Below are positions 18,778-27,859 of a stretch of DNA of 55,758 bases, one piece after another. Position 1 is the first letter of the stretch; each line of letters begins with the position of its first letter. A program made the translations under genes and the position numbers. Origin of the DNA: Minisyncoccota bacterium. GTDB taxonomy: Bacteria; Patescibacteriota; Minisyncoccia; Phycocordibacterales; UBA5272. The stretch is from contig DALYEZ010000001.1 in assembly GCA_031972295.1 (NCBI GenBank), positions 1 through 55,758 of the forward strand, written 5' to 3'. Under the pieces are notes generated by a model that did not search any database, was not told the DNA's origin, and saw only the letters and a list, made by a program, of their open reading frames with translations.

Positions 18778-18875
18778 AGATTTGTTTTGGGACAGGGCGA
18801 CCCAATGCAAAATAGTATACACGAACATGGATTTTTTGGAAGAGGTGAAAAAGTACGCTATAGTAGGTACAAATT

Positions 18876-20207
18876 ATGCGGGCACCTTTCCTTATTTCTC
18901 TAGGAATAGCTTTCGGTGTTGTTGGAATCTTTTTGTTCCAGCAGTTTTTTAATATACGTACTATTGCACAAAACGTTGAAGAATATATTCCAAATACCTT
19001 ACGACAAAAAATAGTTCCAAGTGAGACGTCTAAAAACTTCCTGGAAGAAAAAATTACTGGCTTACAAAATAGTGGACAGATGTTTATTTTGGCAGATCTA
19101 ACCTCGATGCAACTTGATGTGTATAAAGATAATGTTTCTTTGCTTTCGGTTCCTATTAAAGCAAAAGGGCGAGAAGGCTCGTGGTGGGAAACTCCAGCTG
19201 GTTTGTATAGTGTTAAAACAAAAGAAAAGAATCACTTTTCTTCAATAGGTGAGGTGTATATGCCGTGGAGTATGCAGTTTCAGGGAAACTTTTTTGTTCA
19301 CGGCATTCCATATTACCCAGGTGGTAAGGAAGTTAGTACTAATTATTCTGGTGGATGTATTCGACTCGAAACTGATGATGCAAAAAAAGTATTTGATTTA
19401 ATTGAACGTGGAGCGCCTCTTGTCGTATATGAAAACGCGACAAGTACTTTGAATTCAGAAAAGTCGTACACTTTTGGACCAAGTACACTCACTGCAGAAA
19501 ATTTCCTTGTTGCTGATCTTGCTGATGGTTTTACTTTTGCTTCGCATGGTCCAGATACTGATATTCCCGCATCTGTTGCGAGTAACTTACTTGTAGGAAT
19601 TGTTGCTGCAGAGTATATGGACATAGAGCGTAAAATTACCATAGACCCCTCTGATTTAGTGACCACTGTAAGACCAAGATTAGCAGCAGGAAAAAAATAT
19701 GCTGTGCACGATTACCTGTACCTTCTCCTGCAAGAATCATCGCAGGAGGCATCTCACGTGCTTGCTCGAGCACTTGGTACCTCACGAACGGTTGATGTCA
19801 TCACCGCGAAAGCTGAAGCGATTGGTATGGAAAAAACAAAATTTACACAAGCTTCCATGTTTCAGTCAGAAAACAGGACGACACCATCAGATTTGTACCA
19901 ACTTCTTCGTTACATGTATTTTAATAGAAAGTTTCTACTTACTATAAGCGCAGATACAGCTGAGACACGTATTTATGGTGCGCCAGCTTTTTCAGATATT
20001 GAAAACCTATCTTTGTTTAAAGGAGATCCGCAATTTGTTGGGGGAGTGGTGGGGGATTCTGTAAACGGACACACAGGACTTTTTGTCTTTGAAATTCCGT
20101 TTGGCGAAACAGTTCGACCGGTAGGGATTATTCTTGATGGTTCAAAAAATGTAGAAGCTGATGTACAGGCAATACGGTCTTTTGTGGCGACAAGTTTTAG
20201 AAAATAA
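18876..20207 (+). CDS. L,D-transpeptidase (YkuD) fused to degenerate peptidase S11 domain
   Basis: TM, ETPAGLY, FVHG...SGGCIRL LDT catalytic motif; C-terminal S11-like fold with altered motifs. Confidence 0.85.
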   Translation: MRAPFLISLGIAFGVVGIFLFQQFFNIRTIAQNVEEYIPNTLRQKIVPSETSKNFLEEKITGLQNSGQMFILADLTSMQLDVYKDNVSLLSVPIKAKGREGSWWETPAGLYSVKTKEKNHFSSIGEVYMPWSMQFQGNFFVHGIPYYPGGKEVSTNYSGGCIRLETDDAKKVFDLIERGAPLVVYENATSTLNSEKSYTFGPSTLTAENFLVADLADGFTFASHGPDTDIPASVASNLLVGIVAAEYMDIERKITIDPSDLVTTVRPRLAAGKKYAVHDYLYLLLQESSQEASHVLARALGTSRTVDVITAKAEAIGMEKTKFTQASMFQSENRTTPSDLYQLLRYMYFNRKFLLTISADTAETRIYGAPAFSDIENLSLFKGDPQFVGGVVGDSVNGHTGLFVFEIPFGETVRPVGIILDGSKNVEADVQAIRSFVATSFRK

Positions 20208-20214
20208 TTAATCT

Positions 20215-21015
20215 ATGTTGCAATATATTTCAGGAAAGGAAATTGCTGACGAACAAGAAATTGTGCAAAGAGCACAAGTACAATTATTTGAGAAAAAAGG
20301 AATTGTTCCACGCCTCGCGATTATTCAAACAGTCTCATCTTCTGTTATTGATACATACGTGCGATTGAAAAAGAAATACTCTGAACAAATTGGTGTCGAA
20401 GTGGTGCATTATAATATCGTTCCAGAAGAAGTAGAAACAACTATTACGTTTTTAAATAATGATCCAGAGATTCATGGCATCATTGTGCAGCTACCACTTG
20501 ATCCGTCACTAAATCAGGACACAGTTCTTAACCTCGTTGCCAAAAATAAAGATGTTGATGGCCTTACAAAAGATTCTTTGTTTGTACCGCCAACAGTGCA
20601 AGGAATCCTTTGGCTTCTTGAAAAGCATGTTACTAATCTTATGCACAAAAAAATTGCACTTGTGGGTCGGGGTCGTTTAGTGGGCGCGCCCCTTGAAAGG
20701 GAGTTATTAAAAAGAGATATCACGGCAAGGGTTTTTACGAAAGAAGATAGTTTGGGTGACCTATATAATTTTGAAGTTATAATTTCTGCTACCGGAGTAC
20801 CAAGCCTTCTTACTAATATACATATTCAATCTGGTGCATATGTACTCGATGCGGGCACTGCAGAAGAAAATGGCGCAATTCACGGTGATGCTGCGGATGA
20901 ATTGTATAATCGTGATGATATTTCTATTACTCCAACAAAAGGTGGCGTGGGAATACTTACTGTGCGAGCACTTTTTGAAAATACACTTTTAGCTTGCGAA
21001 AAAAATATCCTTTGA
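20215..21015 (+). CDS. folD: Methylenetetrahydrofolate dehydrogenase/cyclohydrolase
   Basis: YVRLKKK, GIIVQLPL, KDVDGL, VGRGRLVGAPL, TPTKGGVGILTV. Confidence 0.93.
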   Translation: MLQYISGKEIADEQEIVQRAQVQLFEKKGIVPRLAIIQTVSSSVIDTYVRLKKKYSEQIGVEVVHYNIVPEEVETTITFLNNDPEIHGIIVQLPLDPSLNQDTVLNLVAKNKDVDGLTKDSLFVPPTVQGILWLLEKHVTNLMHKKIALVGRGRLVGAPLERELLKRDITARVFTKEDSLGDLYNFEVIISATGVPSLLTNIHIQSGAYVLDAGTAEENGAIHGDAADELYNRDDISITPTKGGVGILTVRALFENTLLACEKNIL

Positions 21016-21050
21016 TTCTGTACTAAAATTCCGTATACTAGGAGGAACTC

Positions 21051-22025
21051 ATGGTGCAAAAAATTCTCTTAGCAATGGTTACTATCTCAGTCACAAGTAT
21101 TGGGATTGTAGGTGCTGCGTCTTTGTATAGTGAAAATTACACGAGTATTCAGAAGGAGTTTATTTTTGCAGAGAATATTCCAGATGCTACCAAAACTTTT
21201 CCACCAGTGTCTTTTCCAGAAATTACTGTTCAGGCTGTTGGGTTGTATGTTGGTACGGTTGACCTGACTTCAGGCACAGTGACACCTCTTTATACTAAAA
21301 ACGAATATCAAAAACTTCCCATCGCAAGTATTTCAAAACTAATGACGACGTATGTTGCCACACGAAATAGGCGCCTAACAGACACGTTCACTATTACTGA
21401 TTGGGCAATTTCTGGTCCGTGGCCATCAAATAAGTTTACCGTCGGAGATGTCTTTTCTTTAAAAGAACTTCTTGAAGCAGCTCTTGTTGAGTCAAACAAC
21501 GATGCCGCTCGGGTCCTTGCTTCAACAATAGGAGAGCGAGCATTTGTTCAAAATATGAATATGGCAGCAGTAGCCTTTTCTCTTCCAGATACAAAATTAT
21601 ACTCAGCGGATGGTACTGAACGAATTCTTTCTGATACGTGGGTTGAAAATACATCCACGCCAAATGACATCGCTCATCTTATTGTAAGTTTATATAAAAC
21701 ATCACCAGAGCTTTTAAAAGTTACCACCATGCCTGAGGTGCTTATTTCCGATGTCACGGGTATGCATACGTTTACTGCTTACTCGACAAATAAACTTATA
21801 GATCGTTTTTCTGAAGGACTCACACTTTTAGGTGCCAAAACAGGAACTTCTGATAATGAGCGCAAGCATTTCGTAGTACTTTTTAAAGATGGTAGAGGTG
21901 ATGCCTTTGTCGCGGTCGTTTTACAGTCAAAGGATAACTTTGCTGATATGACGACAATACTTGATGCGGTGACCAAGTATCAAAATGACTTGTATGCTCA
22001 AAATCAAAAAAGTATTGTAAGATAG
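21051..22025 (+). CDS. D-alanyl-D-alanine carboxypeptidase (peptidase S11)
   Basis: Intact SxxK (ASISKLMT), SxN (SNN), KTG (AKTG); AGGAGG SD upstream. Confidence 0.92.
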   Translation: MVQKILLAMVTISVTSIGIVGAASLYSENYTSIQKEFIFAENIPDATKTFPPVSFPEITVQAVGLYVGTVDLTSGTVTPLYTKNEYQKLPIASISKLMTTYVATRNRRLTDTFTITDWAISGPWPSNKFTVGDVFSLKELLEAALVESNNDAARVLASTIGERAFVQNMNMAAVAFSLPDTKLYSADGTERILSDTWVENTSTPNDIAHLIVSLYKTSPELLKVTTMPEVLISDVTGMHTFTAYSTNKLIDRFSEGLTLLGAKTGTSDNERKHFVVLFKDGRGDAFVAVVLQSKDNFADMTTILDAVTKYQNDLYAQNQKSIVR

Positions 22026-22029
22026 ATAT

Positions 22030-22851
22030 ATGCTCGACGTACTTAAAAAAATAGCTCTTCTTGCAATAGGATTTCTTGTTATTGCACTGTTTGCATGGCT
22101 CGTTTTCCCTTCATCTCAAAAAGCTGCTGACAGTATTGCTGAAAACAATGTTACTAAAAAAAGAACACTCGGGGAAATTATCGTGCGTGATTTCTTAGGT
22201 ATTCCTAAGTGCGGTCTTTTGGGTGGTGGCTGTAGCGATCGGTTTTCAGATGGGCAAGCAACCTCTACTTCAAACGCACGTTTCTCAAATAAAGACATTC
22301 GACTTGTTGAGCCAACATCAGGGAGTAGTGTGAGAAGTGGTTTGCAAATAGAAGGCCTGGCTCGAGGAACGTGGTTTTCTCAAGGTATAGCTTCTGGAGA
22401 GGTTCGGAATGAGCGAGAAGAGAAGATAGGTGCGTTTACTATTCGTGCTAACGGGGCAACAAACTCAACTGCGTTCGTGTCTTTTTTAGGAACTATTACC
22501 TATGGTGATCCTGCGACAAAAACTGGCTATCTTGTTTTTAACAAAGCAAATCCTACGGGAGATGCGAAAAAAAATAGTGTTTTGTGGGTGCCTGTACGTT
22601 TTGAGGAAACGAGTTCTGGTTCTGGAATCCTTACTCCTCCTGGACAGAGAGAGTGTAAAAAAACAGGATGTAGCGGACAGATTTGTTCTGATGTAGATGT
22701 TATGACAACGTGTGAATATCGAGCTGAATACACCTGTTTCCAGGCAGCTCGTTGTGAACGACAAATAAGCGGGGAGTGTGGTTTTACACAAACTACAGAG
22801 TTGCAGTCTTGTCTTTCTTCTGCACGAAATAATTCTAGTAGTGGTATTTAA
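22030..22851 (+). CDS. Membrane-anchored Gmad2 Ig-like protein with C-terminal eight-cysteine-cluster domain
   Basis: TM; I.LVEP..GSSV.S.L.I.G.ARGTWF...NPTG Ig-like domain; CKKTGCSGQIC..TTCE..C..C..C..C cluster. Confidence 0.75.
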   Translation: MLDVLKKIALLAIGFLVIALFAWLVFPSSQKAADSIAENNVTKKRTLGEIIVRDFLGIPKCGLLGGGCSDRFSDGQATSTSNARFSNKDIRLVEPTSGSSVRSGLQIEGLARGTWFSQGIASGEVRNEREEKIGAFTIRANGATNSTAFVSFLGTITYGDPATKTGYLVFNKANPTGDAKKNSVLWVPVRFEETSSGSGILTPPGQRECKKTGCSGQICSDVDVMTTCEYRAEYTCFQAARCERQISGECGFTQTTELQSCLSSARNNSSSGI

Positions 22852-22864
22852 TCCATCGGTATCT

Positions 22865-23905
22865 ATGCCATATAAACTAGCTACGTACTTTGGTATAGGT
22901 GGCTTAGTACTTCTCGGTGTGGTTTTTTGGTATCAACCATTCGCAAATGTGGAAGACAATCTTTTTTTACAAGAAAATGTTCCTTTTTCAATTTTAGAAA
23001 TACCAAAGAAAACAACAATACTTGTATTTGGCGATGTCATGCTTGATCGATCTGTACGAAAGTATATAGATGAACATGGAACTGCAGCTTTGTTTAAATA
23101 TGTACAAAAAGATGTTGATGCCGCTGACATCACCCTCATTAATCTTGAAGGACCCATTACAACATACGAATCTGTTGTTTCAAAAGAAAACCTGCAGTTC
23201 ACGTTTGCTACACATACTGCTCTTGATTTAAGCGTTGTTGGTGTTGATATTGTGAGCTTGGCAAACAATCATACAAATAATTTCGGACTATCTGGTTTGA
23301 AACAAACACGAGGATATTTAGACAATGCCAAGATTAGTTATTTTGGAGACCCATCAAACACAGAATCACAACTTGCATATCTGCTAAAGAAAGAAAAACT
23401 TACTGTTTCATTTGTTGGCTATCATCAATTTGAAAATCCTGAATTTACTCCCATACAAAACAAAATAAAAGAAGAAAAACAGAAAGGCAATTTTGTTGTA
23501 CTCTATCCACATTGGGGAATTGAATACGAGAAAAAAGCTGGAGCTAAAGAGCGTGATCTTGCCCAATCCGCAGTTATTGCTGGCGCTGACATGGTTATCG
23601 GAGCTCATCCACATGTGGTACAGGATATGGATGCATACGAAGGCAAGCCTATTTTTTACTCACTTGGAAATTTTATTTTTGATCAATGGTTCACACCAGA
23701 TGTTCAAGAAGGCCTGGCGCTTCTTTTGACATTTAGCGACAACACACTTGTCTCCATTGAACTTAAGCCATTTATACGAGAACGATACCAACCAAAATGG
23801 CTAGAAGGAGATGAAAGGGGTGCGTGGTGTAATGTGTACACCAAAGAAGTCTCTTTTCAAAAAGATAGTGAGAATACTTGTATGTTGAGTACAAAAGAAG
23901 TATAA
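22865..23905 (+). CDS. CapA family metallophosphoesterase-like protein
   Basis: FGDVMLDR, INLEGPI, SLANNHT, HWGIEY, IGAHPHVVQ, YSLGNFIFDQ. Confidence 0.92.
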   Translation: MPYKLATYFGIGGLVLLGVVFWYQPFANVEDNLFLQENVPFSILEIPKKTTILVFGDVMLDRSVRKYIDEHGTAALFKYVQKDVDAADITLINLEGPITTYESVVSKENLQFTFATHTALDLSVVGVDIVSLANNHTNNFGLSGLKQTRGYLDNAKISYFGDPSNTESQLAYLLKKEKLTVSFVGYHQFENPEFTPIQNKIKEEKQKGNFVVLYPHWGIEYEKKAGAKERDLAQSAVIAGADMVIGAHPHVVQDMDAYEGKPIFYSLGNFIFDQWFTPDVQEGLALLLTFSDNTLVSIELKPFIRERYQPKWLEGDERGAWCNVYTKEVSFQKDSENTCMLSTKEV

Positions 23906-23928
23906 AAACGATATAGCAATAAGAGGAT

Positions 23929-24711
23929 ATGCAAAAAAGAAAAAACCAAATGAATACAAAGAAAACAGACTGGGAGCCAGTTTCTCTTTGGTATATGAAA
24001 TATCTACAAGAAGATACAGATTCGTATCATGCAAAAGTTATTATCCCAAATCTTCTGCGTCTTCTAGGTAATGTAAAAGGTAAACGAATTTTAGATCTCG
24101 GATGCGGAAATGGAGTTGTGGGTCATATTTTAGCTGAGCAAGGCTCTTTTATTTTCGGTGTTGATGGCAGCAAGACACTTATTGACTCGGCAAAAACCGG
24201 CGCAAAAACAAATGAAAAGTATTTCACTCAAGATGTACGCACAGGACTTCCCAAAGAGTGTAAAGATATTGATGCTTGCATAAGTATTCTTTCAATCCAA
24301 AATATGGATTCTCTGCACACAGTGTTTGAGTCCGTGGCAAAATCACTTACGAAAAATGGAACTCTCCATATAGTGACTCTTCATCCCAGTTTTCGTATTC
24401 CACAATTGAGTGATTGGACATTTGATGAAAAAAGAAATGAACAAGGCCGGACCGTTTTTACCTATATGTCTGAATCAAAAATAAGTATCGCTCAAAATCC
24501 AAGCAAAAAAGATTCTCCGCAGTCTATAACCTTCCATCGTCCACTGCAGGTGTACAGCAAAACACTTCAAAATGCAGGCTTCGGTATTCGTCGTTTAGAA
24601 GAGTGGTGCTCGCATAAAGAAAGCTTATCAGGCAAGAGAAAAGCAGCTGAAGACAAAGCGCGCAAAGAAATTCCAATGTTTTTGTATATTGAGGCTGTGC
24701 GTGTACAATAA
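23929..24711 (+). CDS. Class I SAM-dependent methyltransferase
   Basis: LDLGCGNG, GVDGS, HPSFRIP, TFHRPL; alternative start at 23950. Confidence 0.88.
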   Translation: MQKRKNQMNTKKTDWEPVSLWYMKYLQEDTDSYHAKVIIPNLLRLLGNVKGKRILDLGCGNGVVGHILAEQGSFIFGVDGSKTLIDSAKTGAKTNEKYFTQDVRTGLPKECKDIDACISILSIQNMDSLHTVFESVAKSLTKNGTLHIVTLHPSFRIPQLSDWTFDEKRNEQGRTVFTYMSESKISIAQNPSKKDSPQSITFHRPLQVYSKTLQNAGFGIRRLEEWCSHKESLSGKRKAAEDKARKEIPMFLYIEAVRVQ

Positions 24712-24717
24712 GGGAAT

Positions 24718-25323
24718 ATGAAAACGCTTCTTATTGGAATTGTTGTTATTGCATTAGGTTTTTTCGCACTTGTTTGGTTTAAGGGCGCACCTCAAGACAC
24801 CACTAATGGCGTGATTGGTGAATATAGTCCGTTTACAAAGGGGCCGAGTACAGCAAAAGTAAAAATTACAGAATATGCTGATTTTCAATGTCCATCATGT
24901 GCTGCAATGGCACCAACGGTTGAGGATCTTCTTGCAAAGTATCCAAATGACATTGAACTTACATTCAAACATTTTCCTCTCACACAAATTCATCGACGGG
25001 CACTTTTAGCCGCAAAAGTAAGTGAAGCGGCTGGAAAGCAAGGTAAATTTTTTGAAATGCATGACAAACTCTTTATCGGACAGTCAATGTGGGCATCAAA
25101 CTCAAAAGCTGACGAAATTTTTGTAGGATACGCGACAGAGCTTGGTCTTGATATTGAACAGTTTAAAACAGATCTTAAAGATGCAACAATTGCAGCAAAA
25201 ATTAAATCAGATCAAGCAGAAGGAATAAAAAATGACGTACAAGGAACTCCAACGTTTTTCGTAAATGGTTTGAAAGTTGAAAATGGTCTTTTTGTAACAA
25301 CCGTTGAGGCGGCACTTAAATAA
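24718..25323 (+). CDS. DsbA-family thiol:disulfide oxidoreductase, membrane anchored
   Basis: EYADFQCPSC, FKHFPL, GTPTFFVNG. Confidence 0.93.
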   Translation: MKTLLIGIVVIALGFFALVWFKGAPQDTTNGVIGEYSPFTKGPSTAKVKITEYADFQCPSCAAMAPTVEDLLAKYPNDIELTFKHFPLTQIHRRALLAAKVSEAAGKQGKFFEMHDKLFIGQSMWASNSKADEIFVGYATELGLDIEQFKTDLKDATIAAKIKSDQAEGIKNDVQGTPTFFVNGLKVENGLFVTTVEAALK

Positions 25324-25331
25324 ATTTATCT

Positions 25332-25574
25332 ATGATTAAAGAGTTTTTCCTTAAGAAGGTTCTTGATTATAAACTAAAGAATGTTCCTGAAGAACAAAAG
25401 AAGTTTATTATGACGATTATGGAAAAGAATCCAGAACTTTTTCAAAAGATTTCAAAAGAAATTGAACATAAAACAAAACAAGGTGAAGGTCAGATGAAGG
25501 CGTCGATTGACGTGATGAAAAAGTATCAAAGTGAATTACGAGAAGTGCTCGAAGGTACGGATATCAAAATATAA
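25332..25574 (+). CDS. Small helical hypothetical protein
   Basis: Clean 80-aa ORF tightly packed in the operon; no motif recognised. Confidence 0.75.
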   Translation: MIKEFFLKKVLDYKLKNVPEEQKKFIMTIMEKNPELFQKISKEIEHKTKQGEGQMKASIDVMKKYQSELREVLEGTDIKI

Positions 25575-25577
25575 TCC

Positions 25578-26069
25578 ATGGAAACACGGGAATTCTGGTT
25601 CTTTGTAAGTCTACTCACCGTGGCTATTCCTGCGAGCGTCTCTCTCACTACAAGTGCTATCTATATTCCTCTCAAAAAATTTCCTGCCGCCATCCGGGAT
25701 GTTGCCTCTTTTTGGTATCAGAAACTGTATGTTGCGCTTGTGTTTAGTTTATTTGCGACCCTTGTTGGGCTTGGTGTGTATGTTCCGCTGGTATACGAGT
25801 CTTTAAAATTACAAAACCTTGAGGAAATTGTTCGGAGTGCACTATTTATTATCTATACAGTGAGCCTTTTTTTTCTAACACTTTCATTTAAAAAACAAAC
25901 CCTTTCTACAGGAGGAATAGTGGCGCATAGTTTTTTTGCTTCGATGTTACTTGTTGTAGGAACACAAGAAAATACTCTCGATTTTCTTACTTACCTCTAC
26001 GTACTCATTATTCTTGCCTTGTTTGCAATTGTGCGTTACGGTGTAAGTACTTTTAGTAAAAAACTCTAA
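25578..26069 (+). CDS. Hypothetical multi-pass membrane protein
   Basis: About 5 hydrophobic helices; operonic spacing. Confidence 0.75.
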   Translation: METREFWFFVSLLTVAIPASVSLTTSAIYIPLKKFPAAIRDVASFWYQKLYVALVFSLFATLVGLGVYVPLVYESLKLQNLEEIVRSALFIIYTVSLFFLTLSFKKQTLSTGGIVAHSFFASMLLVVGTQENTLDFLTYLYVLIILALFAIVRYGVSTFSKKL

Positions 26070-26075
26070 ATATTT

Positions 26076-27173
26076 ATGGGATTATCAATCGGAATCGTCG
26101 GTCTTCCAAATGTCGGTAAGAGTACACTCTTTAATGCGCTTACTAAAAAAACAGTACCTGCAGAAAATTACCCCTTCTGTACCATTGATCCTTCGGTAGG
26201 AATTGTGGGTGTACCAGACATTCGTTTAGAAGTACTTTCAAAATTAAGTGGCTCAAAAAAGATTATTCCTGCAGCCATTGAATTTGTGGATATTGCTGGG
26301 CTTGTACGTGGTGCAGCAAGTGGTGAGGGGCTTGGAAACCAATTCCTTTCTCATATTCGAGAAACAGATGCTATAGGGCATGTGGTGCGTATATTTGAAG
26401 ATGGCGCAGTGATACATGTAGATGGTAGTGTGCAGCCGCTTCGTGATGTGGAAACGATTGAGCTTGAACTCGCACTCGCCGACCTGCAAACAGTGGACAA
26501 ACGATTACAGAACATTGGTCGTGATGCAAAAAGAGGAGACAAAGATGCTCTTCTCGAACAATCAGTACTTGAACGTATTCGACCACATCTTGATCAAGGT
26601 AAACGGGCAATTACCCTTTCATACACTGAAGAAGAATTTCGCGTACTTAGATCGCTCCAGCTTTTGACTATGAAGCCAATGCTTTACATTTTAAACAAAA
26701 AAGCAGGAGCATATAATCTTGATGAAAAGTCAGATCCGCGATTCGAAGAACTTGTAAACTATATTGCAAGCACTGGATCACTTGCAACTATTGTGGATGC
26801 AAAAATCGAAGACGAGCTCAAGGATTTTTCTCCTGAAGAGCAAGTTACTTTCCGTGTTGAACTTTCTGCACACAAAGATGGAATCCCAGAACTTATTTCG
26901 GGGGCATATAAATTACTTGGACTTGAAACATACTTAACTACTGGTGAAGTGGAAACGCGAGCTTGGACTATCAAAAAAGGTTCTACGGCACCAGTTGCAG
27001 GAATGGCAATTCATACCGACTTTAAAGAAAAGTTTATCCGTGCAGAAGTTGTGGCGTATGAAGATTTAGTTGCCTGTGGTTCGTATGCTGCTGCACGAAC
27101 CCAAGGCAAGGTACGTACCGAAGGAAAGGACTACATTGTAAAAGATGGGGATGTGATTGAGTTTAGAATTTAA
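26076..27173 (+). CDS. ychF: Ribosome-binding ATPase YchF
   Basis: [52 protein letters not shown]. Confidence 0.97.
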   Translation: MGLSIGIVGLPNVGKSTLFNALTKKTVPAENYPFCTIDPSVGIVGVPDIRLEVLSKLSGSKKIIPAAIEFVDIAGLVRGAASGEGLGNQFLSHIRETDAIGHVVRIFEDGAVIHVDGSVQPLRDVETIELELALADLQTVDKRLQNIGRDAKRGDKDALLEQSVLERIRPHLDQGKRAITLSYTEEEFRVLRSLQLLTMKPMLYILNKKAGAYNLDEKSDPRFEELVNYIASTGSLATIVDAKIEDELKDFSPEEQVTFRVELSAHKDGIPELISGAYKLLGLETYLTTGEVETRAWTIKKGSTAPVAGMAIHTDFKEKFIRAEVVAYEDLVACGSYAAARTQGKVRTEGKDYIVKDGDVIEFRI

Positions 27174-27193
27174 AATAAATTCTAAACTCAATC

Positions 27194-27231
27194 ATCCAGC
27201 TCGCAACTGTCTTTTTTGTTGCGAGTCGGAT
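27194..27231. terminator. Hairpin between convergent genes (probable terminator)
   Basis: ctcgcaac/gttgcgag stem extended by atcc/ggat; no clean U tail. Confidence 0.5.
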
Positions 27232-27247
27232 AAATTTAAATAGCGGA

Positions 27248-27811
27248 CTACTTCTTAATTGCCCCTAACTCTTTCTTCAGCTCAGAAAGCAAGATTTCAA
27301 TTTTAGCAATCCTCTCTTGTTGTTCACCATCAACTTTCTGTTCTCGAATCATCTCTGAGTCGGTACTTTCTTCAAGTTCAGCCACATCTTCCTGGATTTC
27401 TTCAACATCCTCACTAATTTCTTGAACATTTTTTTCGATACCTTCAACGTCCTCACTGATCTCTTCAATGTCTTCTGAAATTTCCTCAACATCTTTTTGT
27501 ATTTCTTCCATATCCTCACCGATATCTTCGACTTCTTCTTGAATGTCACCAATATCTTCCTCCACAGCTTCAAGCTGGGCGGTATTGCGGTTTATAGACA
27601 TTTGAATAAAGAGTGCTAAATATATTGCTTCAAGTGATACAGCTGTCGTGAGCACCAGGAGCGCTTGTTCAAGAGGAAAGCCAAAGAATGGGAGAGAGAG
27701 AACTACAAGAAATAAAATGGTATGTAAAATGAGAGAAAAAGGGGATCCAATCCATAAAGTTGCCTTTTCAGCAAAAGAATCTATCTTTTTTGACATCTTT
27801 TTCTCTTTCAT
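27248..27811 (-). CDS. DUF1003-like membrane protein with acidic heptad-repeat coiled coil
   Basis: WIGSP...HTILF, LLVLTTAVSLEAIYLALFIQMS.NR motif followed by (V/I)EEISED-type repeats. Confidence 0.8.
   Translation of the reverse strand: MKEKKMSKKIDSFAEKATLWIGSPFSLILHTILFLVVLSLPFFGFPLEQALLVLTTAVSLEAIYLALFIQMSINRNTAQLEAVEEDIGDIQEEVEDIGEDMEEIQKDVEEISEDIEEISEDVEGIEKNVQEISEDVEEIQEDVAELEESTDSEMIREQKVDGEQQERIAKIEILLSELKKELGAIKK
27368..27570 (-). repeat. Imperfect 21-nt (7-aa) tandem repeats
   Basis: About 9 units such as VEEISED / IEEISED / VQEISED / VEEIQED; boundaries approximate. Confidence 0.8.
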
Positions 27812-27859
27812 CTACTCAATATACCATTTCGTTTTATTTTTGATACACTCTGTAGATAT

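Noticed and set aside
18554-18828. ORFs 18554-18766 and 18577-18828
   Set aside because: They overlap tRNA-Ala and its terminator; shadow ORFs.
27368-27570. CRISPR array or non-coding tandem repeat
   Set aside because: Repeats are in frame, degenerate at synonymous positions and have no unique spacers.
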